Source of the DNA: Anolis carolinensis
Lineage: Eukaryota
DNA length: 64,000 bases
NCBI RefSeq assembly: GCF_035594765.1
Contig: NC_085842.1
Span: 79,646,782 to 79,710,781, forward strand
Direction: 5' to 3'
Below are positions 1 through 11,300 of the stretch, in pieces. The notes beneath the pieces were generated by a model that made no database searches, had not been told where the DNA came from, and saw only the letters and a program-made list of their open reading frames with translations. Each line of letters opens with the position of its first letter. Within the stretch, counting starts at the first letter, position 1. The position numbers were made by a program, and so were the translations under genes.

Positions 1-54
1 CTATAGTCAGCCCACTGTATGGTAATTATATAGTTTGACATGATCAAAGGTACT

Positions 55-2871
55 GCCTCTGCAAATCCTTTTTATTTTCATGTACAACTGCAATACTTGG
101 TTTTTCATAAACCATGAAAAATTGTGGACCAATCATATGCATTTATCCAATAGCAAGTCTAAGGGTGTAAACTGTCTCAAGTGTTTAGAAAACTATAGAA
201 AACTGAAGCTCAAATCCCTGTGGTCAAATTTCCAATTGTGTCCAATAGTTAATCTTTTCCAATGAACTTACATAAAGTGAACGATAAACACCCAATATAA
301 TAGTCAACGGAACTGAACATCGATTTTTTAGATTATTAGGGCACACATGATGAAGTCTGGAAATAGAATAACATACTTTGTTGTAACATAAAGAGCAAAA
401 AAAAAATGCCGATTTCTGCTTTGATCAGCATCCACACAATTTTTCTAATGTCTACATAAAATGTTTAACTTTATAAACCTTTGTATCCAGGAATGTTACA
501 AAGCATAAGTGTGCCAAAAGGTGCTCCACATGGTTTTATAATCTTAATATGTCAATCCTAGCGGATCTAATAAAAACGTATAATTGCTATACAGCAGCTG
601 CTCCAGAAACCAAATCTGGTTGTTTCTTATACTAGAAAAATAGTGTACAGCATTTTGATGGACATGAATACAAGAGAAATCAGGAGTGATTAAACACTGA
701 AACAGCAGCACACCCGTGGCTGACACTGTCATTTATTCTTCAACTAAAAAGATTTGTAAGGTCATGTTCAAGCTGCAGGTACACATTTACAAAATTAAAA
801 TCTAACTTTGTATTCATAATATGCTTTTAAGAGATCTGAATATATTTGCAAGAAGTGCTTTGCCAGAGAAATTATTTGATCAAGGATAAATTATTTAACC
901 AGGATAAAAAGAGAAATGTACAGCTGACAAGCTGCTTATCAGATAACTTGATGTTTCCAATTGAATGGCAAAGTAGACATGTTCAAAAAAGTTTATTTTT
1001 TTTAAAAAAGGAAACCTGCTTAACTAGGAACAGCCAGACAGTGAAATATGAAAGACTTTGTATTTCTAAAAAAATGTTGATAAAACAAGTGTAGTTTTTG
1101 TTAGTTGAATGGCAGACTAGCCAAGTTAACATTTTATTTTTTTTAAAAAAGAATAGCTGAAACTTAGAACAGTCACAAGCATGGTGAAGTATTAAGATAC
1201 TTACATGTATTAAAAGGGTTGATAAAACGAACCCACAAGGCATCGTTGCCTGTAATCTTGGTCCAAATCTGTGATGCATCTGACCAGCCTGCCCTTGCTG
1301 CCCTGCTCTTAATTAATACAACAGAAGCCTGGAGTTGATATGCAACTACTTGCACCATTGCATTCAGGCATCCAAAGAGCTGGACACAATGAATAAATCA
1401 TTTTTGAATATGGATAAAATAAAATTTTAGCACAGAGGAAACAAGAAATCCACCCTTAGTTTTTGCTAACCAATCCAAACTTTAAAGCATTACATTCTTT
1501 CAGGCTGGATTATGTGTAAAAGCTCATGTGAAGAGGCAGAAAACACTTGTTTACAGTGTAATACAACAGATATTAACAATATAGAGAAAAGAACACAACA
1601 TCTAAATAGTGCTATGAAAAGCAGAGCACGGATAAAGAAAGCTGGCTGGGGAAGTCAAATGTGGGACTCATGCGGGATTAAAACTACTAGAGCATGAAAG
1701 ATTTGGACCATACTTGTTTGAAATGTAATTCCTGAAATATAGAGGTTATCAGCATTACATGTTTGATAATGAAGATCATAAGGCAATGGGCCCAGATAGT
1801 TCATTGAATTCCTTCCTAAATTAAGTGTAAATGTATCAGGATTACAGCCACAAGAGATGAATTTATATGCATTTCCTTTTGACTCAGAAAGGATGCCACT
1901 GCACGTTTACCACAAGCGTTCATTCTATTTTCTGGAATTGTTTTTGGGTATTCATTAACTGGAAATTCTAGTTGCATCAAATCACTACTGAATACCCTGG
2001 AAGAATACAATAGAAACATGGACTGTTTGATGAAAGGCAAATACATAACCAAGACTCATTTTTTTGATACTGCATGGGTCCAAGTGTTACCTTTTTAATA
2101 TCAAATGTTTAAAAAAAGAAGGACGAAACCTCCACCCTCCCCATATTTACATAGCTTGCTAAAATTACACTGAAGGAGAAGAGGGGCTGTGTTCTGATCT
2201 TGTCTGCTTTACAGCATTTTCCAACAGAAAAGTTCTGATATTGCTTCTGATTCTCTGCTACGCTTCGAAGTGACGTCGTGTCCAAGATGCTGTCCATGGA
2301 AAGTATCTGAAAATCTGTAGTTTGCTGGAAGCTAAAACCTGATAATAGCACGAGGACCTTTCTCAAGTAGCATGTGAGATGTCCTTCAATAATTGAATAG
2401 TTGCGTACATATTATGGCACGGAAGTTTTACATAACATAAGCATTTGCCTAAGAAAAATGAAGAGCTCAGAAGACGTTGGTTGTTGAAAATGTAATGCAG
2501 GAAGGCACTTTTAAACAAGTGACAGCCTTCCATTGAATGTAAAAAGGACTAAAGTGTCAATATGCACAAACTGTGGCACAGAATGTATTGCAGAGCAAAG
2601 CTGCCGACTTCAGCTCATTTGAAATGTGTTTTGCTATAATAGAGATGCTGTCAGACATCACAGTCTTACATTTTCCAGGCAAGGTTCTGCATAACCAAAT
2701 TATTATTTCAAAAAAAAAAGTAATAAAAATGCAGCAAAAAATACACAGGAAGTGCTGGACTGGAACATTCTGCCTGAGTGATGCACCCGCAATACTTTCA
2801 TTGCCATCTTCATCATAAATATATTTCTGTCAGTACAGTCAAGAATTGTCCAATGAAAACGATGAATGGAA
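55..2871 (-). other. WDR82: Probable WDR82 3' UTR (~2.8 kb, no obvious repeats); candidate polyA signal AATAAA at 76-71
   Basis: AT-rich sequence after the stop with no recognised transposons; several minus-strand AATAAA (e.g. 71-76, 732-737); true end cannot be determined. Confidence 0.6.
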
Positions 2872-2901
2872 CTAGTCATCAATTGTTGGTAACCAAAAGG
2901 C
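2872..2901 (-). CDS. WDR82: WDR82 last coding exon (AFWLPTIDD*)
   Basis: Long polypyrimidine tract plus cccag acceptor; TAG at 2874-2872. Confidence 0.96.
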   Translation of the reverse strand, partial: AFWLPTIDD

Positions 2902-5900
2902 CTGGGAGTAAAAAAAAAGAAAGAAAGAAAGAAAATAATAAAAAGAAAGCTGATAGGTAGGATGCTGTGTTTACTGCTGAGTAGCAATGGTTAATTATTG
3001 AGATTATGCCAAAGAATCTTCTACAACCTTGTATTGGTCATTTCCAGAAGTTTGAGGGTTAAACCTACTGTCACCAAGCCTTGAAAGACCAGATATACCC
3101 ACAAATACCTGTAGTTATTATCTAAGAATCTTGGGGACATTTTGCATAATTTTAGACCACACTGGTTTTGAAATCATTTGGCATTTTGAATTCTCCCCTA
3201 TAAACCCTAGGGCAGGTCTGCACAACCTGTTGTCCTCCAGGTGTTTTGGACTTTACCTCCCAAAATTCCTGACCATTGGACAAACTGGCTAGGATTTCTA
3301 GGAGTTGAAGTCCCAAACACTTGGAGGGCAACAGGTTGTGAAGCTCTGCACTAGGGGATACAACTGGTCCTCTTAAACACTAATGGTAGAAATAGGGACA
3401 TATGGACATGCTAACTGCACTTTGCCTGTTCCGATTATCTAACCACAAGCAATTAAAACCAGCTTACAGTAAGATGGCTGACAGTGGTAATTTCACTGTG
3501 TTTTTAGTTTTATGGAGAACTATAGCCAGCAGATATCCTGGATCCATTCTTTAGGGCAGTGGTTTTCAACCTCAGGTCCTCCATGTGTTTTGGACTTCAA
3601 TTCTCAGAAATCCCAGCCAGTTTACCAGCTTTTAGGACTCATGGGAGGACCAAAGATTGAGAACCACTGCTTAAGAGTATTACACATTTAGTTCATCCCA
3701 GAGAAACTGATCGGTAGTAGCACTGCGGTTTCACATATTCTTTAACAGTGCCCTCAAAATGTAAATATGATAAACATAATCCATTTCCATATGAAACTGG
3801 GACACAAACATATCCATACCATTCCTCTATTTCTCCATGTGCCACCACTTCAGGAAGATATACAGTAATATTTGCTGAGGCAGGATACATCTACTTAGTA
3901 TTGGCTCCTGAACCAGACTGATACAAGGCAATTCAAACACATTTTTGTTCATTTTACTGTCTCAAAAAAGATCATTTTTAAAACTAATAAATCATTTGAT
4001 CTCTTTAACAACAAAATCTTCACAAAACAGCCAACTGATAAAAAAACCCAATTTATCCAAAGTCTTCAGAAGAACCAGTCTCCTTACCATATTAGAGCAT
4101 GCACTGGCGAAAGTCATAAATTTGGGGTTGAACTGCAAACAGGTTATAGGGCCTGTGTGTTTCCCATCCAACACAGCAACCTTCATTCCGGTCTCTCCAT
4201 TCCAGACATGGATCTTCCCATCCTCTGATCCTGTAGATCAGATTATGCAAAAAGAGTATAAACCACGGAAGACTTTTCATGAAGAAATCCATTTAAAAAT
4301 GCAGTGGCAGACACACCAATAAAACACAAAATCAACAAGTACCAAGGAAGGGGGGAGGGAGAGGAGAGAGGGAGAGAAGGGGGGGGAGAGAGGAAGAATT
4401 GCACTCTTACCAATCATTATAAATTGTGAATCAGGGGTGAAGGATGCCTCTAGTGTAACAGCTTTACTGTTGTTATATCCCTATAAAATAAAGTTTCATG
4501 AGAAATGTCAAACATACTTAAAGCAAAGGGACAAGGACAGGTTATGAAGTACTACTACTCGAGACTGTGTAGAGGACCTGTGTAGGGGCCCTGCAATTTC
4601 ATCCCCCTACCCCATGTGCCAGAGATTAAAAGTTTCTGAAAAATTACACACAAAAATGAAAGGAAAAGAAGAAAACCACAGAAACAAAGTGAAGAAAATC
4701 TGCAAAATATTTCGACTTTCCTAACAGTAGCTTCAATTCTTAATATATAAAAGCTAGTTTCTTCAACTAACCAAAACATACACTTCGTCCATAATTCAAA
4801 CCTACTAATTCTAATAACCTAAAATTATCATTTTTGTTTTCTATGCAAAATGGCAATCAAGGGTTCCTACTCTTTTTTAAATTTAACCAGCGATTATTCT
4901 CTGATCAAAATGGATAATTTGTTTATTTCAGCAAAACATTAGTTTTAACAGCCAGTCCTCTTTTCATGTTATTACTTTACTATTCCATTTTTGTGTAAAA
5001 AGCAATATTCCTACTTTGCTAGTAGTCACATATCATTATAATAACCTTTAATAAACTTCAGAAAAGCAAGGCAAGCTCACATTTTACATTAACAGAAAGG
5101 TTGTGAAATTCAAAATAGGAAAGCAACTTCTAACACAGTATGAATCTAACACAGTACGCATAACCCGTCTCATCCTTATCATGGGAGATGCTTAAGACAA
5201 AGAGCTTTTCACAAAGTAAAGAAAGAAGTCCTCACTGTAAATGTATGAAGAACAGCTCCTTTAAAGGCATCAACAAGCCGGATGAACCCGCCATTGGTCG
5301 CTATAAGAATAAGTTTACCATCATTGCTGAACTTCAATCCAGTCCATTCGCAGGTTCGGTCATATTGCATTTTGAAAGTAGTAAATGGACCCTTCAAGAA
5401 GAAAAGTAACAGAAACAGTCTAGTCTTTCTGCTTATGAACACTGGCATGAGGCTGAAAAAAATTACAGTTTGAATGTCTAACATTTTCCCAGGAGCCTGT
5501 TTAAGCCATGGAAACAGGATGTACACATGGAGATATTAGTGAACCAACTACTGCCTACAGCCTATTGGGATTTGTGCAAAAAATGCAAGACCAGGAGGGC
5601 CCTACGTGATCCTGTCAGGTGCTTTCATTTTCTTAAGCAAGAGGTGAAGCCCATAATCATTAAACAAAAATCAGCAATGTCTTAAGACATTCTGAGCACA
5701 ATGGTTTTGTGGGACACAGAAATTCTAATTGGGAAAAAGGCATTACATTTTTAAAATTCTGTTTGGGCAATCTATGTAGCTCAAAATTTGCCTAAACATT
5801 ACATACCTTATCAAAAGACCGAAGATCATAAAGTTTCACCATTTCAGAATTCACTCCAGCTGCAAAAATAAGCCCTTCTGGATCAAATGAGCACACAGGC

Positions 5901-8039
5901 TTTCCTTGAGGATGCATCAAACCCTGGAATTTGGAAACATGTTAGAAGAAGTTAGTCCAAAGTTTCTTCTGTGGCATTTTTAAACCACATTTTGATGGAA
6001 CCAATTACTACAAGTGTGATCTTTCCACCTTTGAAGCAGTGCTCTAGCACATCTAATGTGAGTCTCTAGATAGTTTACCTGGCAGTTTGGAGACCGGAGA
6101 TCCCAAAGTCGGATGGTCTTATCAAGTGACCCAGAAATAAACGTATCATCCACAGGAGACATAGACAGAGCAACAACTCTGCAGTGAAGAAATAAAAAAC
6201 AAAATGCCCCAAATAATTGAGCTGTATTTACTGTTTTGTTCTCACAAATTCAAAAGAACATGACATTTTAGGTAAAAAATAAAGATCTGACACTATATAT
6301 TGTAATGTAAGCTTGTCAATCAACACTTTGATTTATTCTTCCTATTTACACCCCAAGATAATAAATGGTATCTCACTCATTTTACCTCTTGCTGTGTCCT
6401 GGAAAGTATCTGATGTACTTATTGTCATGCAGAGAGAGATATCTGATTGTATCTGTAAATAAATATCAACAAAGCAAACATTATGCAGCAACCTTGTATC
6501 ACTTGGTTGTAGTGAGAACTTGCTTACTTGAATAAGACAGATTCTTTCTCTTCATATATTTATAATTGGGGTTACACACTAATATCTCCCAGTAATACTT
6601 TCACTTAGGTAAAGGTTTCCCCTGACATTAAGTCCAGTCGTGACTTTCACTTAACAAATTAATAATTTATCCAACACAAGCCATATTATCTTCATCAAAG
6701 TGTAGACTGGATCTGCCTTAACATGCACACAGAAAAGTTATAAACACTCCATTACCTTTCATTTGAAAAAAATACCAGAAAAAAAAACACTGTCAGCACT
6801 TGTAGATATAAATGCTCAGAGGAATCAAGATTAAACAGTAACTGTGTATCATTGCATTTCTTAACAAGAATATTCAGCAGACCTCTTTGTGTGATACAGA
6901 AGCTAAAAGGCAAATGCTTTGCAAAATTAGCTTTTCACTCTGTTCTGAATGAGAACATGTGATTTTCCAGATGCTACAGTGCAAGCTTCAGGAGCCAAAG
7001 CAGCATAAGTAAGAGACAGTTCACCAGTATCAGGAGGGTTTCAATTCTCTCTAAATCCTTTTTGATGGTATATTTATAAAGGTCATAGTATAAAAAGGCA
7101 AAAGTTGTCCCGTGAATTAAAATGTGCTCTTCTATAATGCAACTAGCTGTGCCCGGCCACGCGTTGCTGTGGCGAAGTCTGGTGGTATGGGAAATAAAGT
7201 ATTGAGGAATTGGTGGTAGTTAAGGTAAAGGGTAAAGGTTTTCCCCTGACATTAAGTCCAGTCGTGTCTGACTCTGGGGGTTGGTGCTCATCTCCATTTC
7301 TAAAGCCGAAGAGCCGGCGTTGTCCGTAGACTCCTCCAAGGTCATGTGGTCAGCATGACTGCATGGAGCGTCGTTACCTTCCCGCCGCAGAGGCACCTAT
7401 TCATCTACTCTCATTAGTATGTTTTCGAACTTCTGGGTTGGGAGAAGGTGGGGCTAATAGTGGGGGCTGTGTTCATCTGCGACCTTTGGGTGCAGAAGTT
7501 CAGCAGCTCAGCGGTTAAACACGCTGCGCCATCAGGGGATATTATTTTCTCAAGGTTGTGAATATACAATATTTCTGATTGTTTTTTGTCTGTTGGAGGG
7601 AAGTATGAATGTTGGAATTAAGGAAAATGATTAGCATGTAATGGGCTTGCAGCTTTAAAGCCTGGCTGTTTCCTCCCTGAGTGAATTTTTTGTTGGGAGG
7701 TGTTAGCTGGCCCTGATTGTTCCCTGTCTGGAATTCCCTTGTTTTGAGAGTGGTGTTGTTTGCGATATTTTATGTGCTTCTATTGTGTGTGGGTCTCAGA
7801 AAAGAGAGGATTTGCCAGACTTTTGATGATGGGAATACTTTGTTGGGAGGTGTTAGCTGGCCCTGATTGTTTCCTGTGTGGAATGGCCCTGTTTTCAGAT
7901 TGTTGTTCTTTATGTAGTGTTTTGATTTTAGAGATTGTATTGTTCTGTTTTATTATAGCAGAGTAATTTTTATATATTGATTTTATTGTTTTTGAATATT
8001 TGGAGCCAGATTGTATTCATTTTTACGGTTCACAGCAAC

Positions 8040-8072
<33 letters not shown>

Positions 8073-8310
8073 GTACTAATAATGAGTCTGGTAATACACA
8101 CTGCTTCACTGCATTGTGAGCTTCCTTTCTGGAAGAATCCTTTCTTGGGAGGTGTTAGCTGGCTGAGTTAGTTTGTTTTGTGGCATTCCCAATTTTCCTG
8201 ATTTCAGAGTGTTATAAAAATAATAAGTTACTATTATTAGTTATTATTATATTGTTGAATGATTATCAATGTTCTAATAATTATTATTCCATTTGTGAAT
8301 GATTATCACT

Positions 8311-8348
<38 letters not shown>

Positions 8349-11300
8349 TTATCATAATAATCAATGATAAGCTGACTTGCAGTATTAAAATTAAAAAGGG
8401 AATGTCGAAACAAACAGATTTTTGGAAAATATGGAGAAAATTTATTGAGTATATTTTTAATGAGGGAAAGGGGTATAAGCCAGCAACAGAGACAATGAAA
8501 TTTTGGACTTGTGAAACAGTATGAGTTGGTTGGTCCTGGTGAAGGTGGCACAAAATAAGGGGAAGGGAAGAGGGGGAAAAGGTATAACAATAATAACGAT
8601 AATAATAATAAAAAATAAAACATGTATAAGTAGATAAAAAGGTGTAGTAGAGATAGTAATAAAGTTGTAATGGAAAAGTCTAAAACTGAGAAGAAATATG
8701 CATAAAGATGTTTTGATTCTGATTTTTCTTTATTGTTGGATTGCATACAATGTGATATGTCTGGGATACTGTAAAATGAGGAAAGAATGTATACTTATAT
8801 ATTATTGAATTATAATATAAATTAATAATAATAATATTGAAAATAAAGCATGTATAGATAGATGAAGGGTGTGTAGTGGAGAGATGTATAGTGAAGTTGT
8901 AATGGAAAAGTTAAAAGACCGATGGGAAATATGCTTGGGGATGTCCTTGATTTTTGTTGTTGTTGTTGGATTGTATGCAACGTGATGTGTTTGAGATATT
9001 GTAGAATGAGGAAAATGTGAGCTTATACATTTGGATTGATAAATTAATAAAAAATATACATAAAAAAATAATTTACTCTTATTTTGAATTGTTAATACAT
9101 TGTTGGATGATTATCAGTGTTATAATAATAATTATTATGACAGCCTTGAATGTTTATTATAGTTGTAATAATAATAACTTGTTATGATTAGTTATTATTG
9201 CATTGTTGAATGATTATTACTGTTATAATAACAATAATAAATTACTATTATTATTGGTTACTATTACATTCTTAAATGATGACCAGTTATTATTATATTA
9301 ATAATAATTATTACTGACAGGGAAGGGAAAGGTGAAGGCGATAGGGCTTGAGAGGGAAAAAAGGGGGGCCGCTGAGGCATTGGAGGGGTTGTCATTTGTT
9401 GGTGAGAACAACAACAACCACAATAACAACAGAAAAGGGGGGGGGGCTCAGCCTGGGCCAACTTGGGCCTTCCCTCGAGTTGTTTTGGGCGCCAACTTCC
9501 ACCCTTCCTGGTCTGAGGCTGTTTACTTTTCCCCCGTCAGCCGTTTAACCGGGTGAAGGGGGAAAGGAAGGGGCTTGAGGCCGGGAAGGGCGGGGGTTGG
9601 CGCCCAAAACAACTGGAGGGGAGGTCCAGACCTGCTCGAGAGCCATGCCATCCTCTTTCTCCCTCACCTTGAAGTCCTCAGAGAAGAACCGGGGAAGAAG
9701 TCCTTGAGGCGGGCCAGGGTGCAGACGGCGCTGCGGAGGGCCCGGTAGGAGGAAGGCCGAGGCCGGGAGGAGGAGAGAGGGTGAGGCGGGGGTCCACGGG
9801 GCCTTCCTGGCGCTGAGGGGAGGGGAGAGGGGCGGGAGGAGGGGGCTGCTCGGCGACCCTCCATGGGCCCTGAGGGGGGAGGAGATTGAGGGGGAGAGGG
9901 CAGAGGAATCCACCTTCCTGCCTTCCTTCCTTCAGCCCAGGCCCAGCTCTGAGGTGAGGTGTTTGTGAGGCCTCCTGGGTGAGGATGATGTGTGTGTGTG
10001 CGCGTGCGCGGGAAGGGAGGAGAGGGTGGTGTGCGTGCAGGCGCAGATCGCCTGTTGCGGTTTTTGGGCTTTTGTTGGCCCTGTGATTGTGTTTGGCATC
10101 TAATTGTGCTGTATCTTACTGGAGCCGTGGATGATGGGTTATGTTGCCAAATTTCAAGGTTGGAGGGCCTTTACTTTTGTTGTTTTGTGCGTCGCCCTGA
10201 TGCCATTACTCTTTTATATATATAGATTATGCCCAAACTGGAGGGCTCCAGGTATGCTAGACAAAAACTCCCGCTATCTCGAGGTAGCACAACGAAGATG
10301 AGAGCTGAACCCATCTAGAGACTGCCAAATTGAGGAAATGAAGGGCTAGAGAGGTCAAAGAAACATCCTCTTATTCAAGTGGCTAATCAAGAAAGGCCAG
10401 ATTTGGACCAAATGTTTATAGACATTGCAGGTTTTTAATTTTATGAAAATAATCTGCAAGCTTCCCCAATGCAACCAAAAATTATTATTCAGTATGGTCA
10501 AACAGAGGGCTGTAGGCACAATCTGTTAAAGAGGCAACTTTCCACTAAACAAATCATAATAGACAGTTCAGTTCCAAAATCAGTTATATAAGACACAAAC
10601 AAGTCTCAGAAGAACTGCTGATTTCTTTAAGTAGCAAAAGTTAGTGATCACCAAACAAATGAAGATAGGAAGCTTCATTCAGTAGGTAAAGCTCTGCCCC
10701 AGGCAAGGCAGTGGCCTGTACAGTTATCTCCTGTACCGGGTGGTATCATAGACCCTCAAACTGTACAAACTACTACCTCAACCCGGAATCAGGCAATATG
10801 TGGGAGGACGACGTAGGCTTGAAAGTTGTAGAATCCTTCATCAAAGAAGACCTCAGTGAAGCTGGATTAAACAGTAACTAAGAAACCCTAAAATATAAAT
10901 TCATACACACCAGTCATGGCAAGTGTTCTGCAGGAAAAAGGAATAATGATTCATCTGTCTCCATTTCTTTCACAGATAACATGTTTACAATGTACATCCA
11001 TTTTTACTCTAGATGTTATACTACACTGTATCATGTATTTCTCCAGAGAATATAACAATTTGTTATTTATATGACAATTTTCAAAACAAGTATCTGACAT
11101 TTTTCATAAACATTTAACTTACTATGGCAAGGTTACTACAGGTTGAATACACCTTATCTAAAAATCTTGGGATGAGAAGTGCTTTTTTGAATTTTGAATA
11201 TCTTGTTTACGTATATGATTGACATATTCACAGGTTTCACATGTGTGGTTTTGATCATTCACAAGCTTGTACTGCTGCCCCTCCCCTCCCGAAGTTGGAG

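Larger units (their letters stand above)
7143..10226 (-). mobile_element. Non-autonomous Helitron (rolling-circle transposon), 3084 bp, with captured cargo
   Basis: Minus strand begins A|TCTATATATATAAAAG (10226) and ends GCCAC-AGCAACGC-GTGGC hairpin + CGGGCACAG-CTAG|T (7143); inserted between A and T with no TSD, which are the canonical Helitron hallmarks. Confidence 0.9.

Noticed and set aside
1-2871. let-7 autoregulatory seed site in the WDR82 3' UTR
   Set aside because: Did not find GAGGTAG on the plus strand (CUACCUC in the mRNA) by eye; not computationally verified
7688-8190. CRISPR-like repeat array
   Set aside because: Eukaryotic locus; three degenerate, irregularly spaced internal Helitron repeats and no cas genes
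9545-9913. Functional TESK1 paralogue
   Set aside because: Only one exon is present, the glycine-loop region is deleted with a frameshift, and no further kinase exons occur in the window
7143-10226. Autonomous Helitron
   Set aside because: No Rep/helicase ORF; 3 kb of non-coding cargo only
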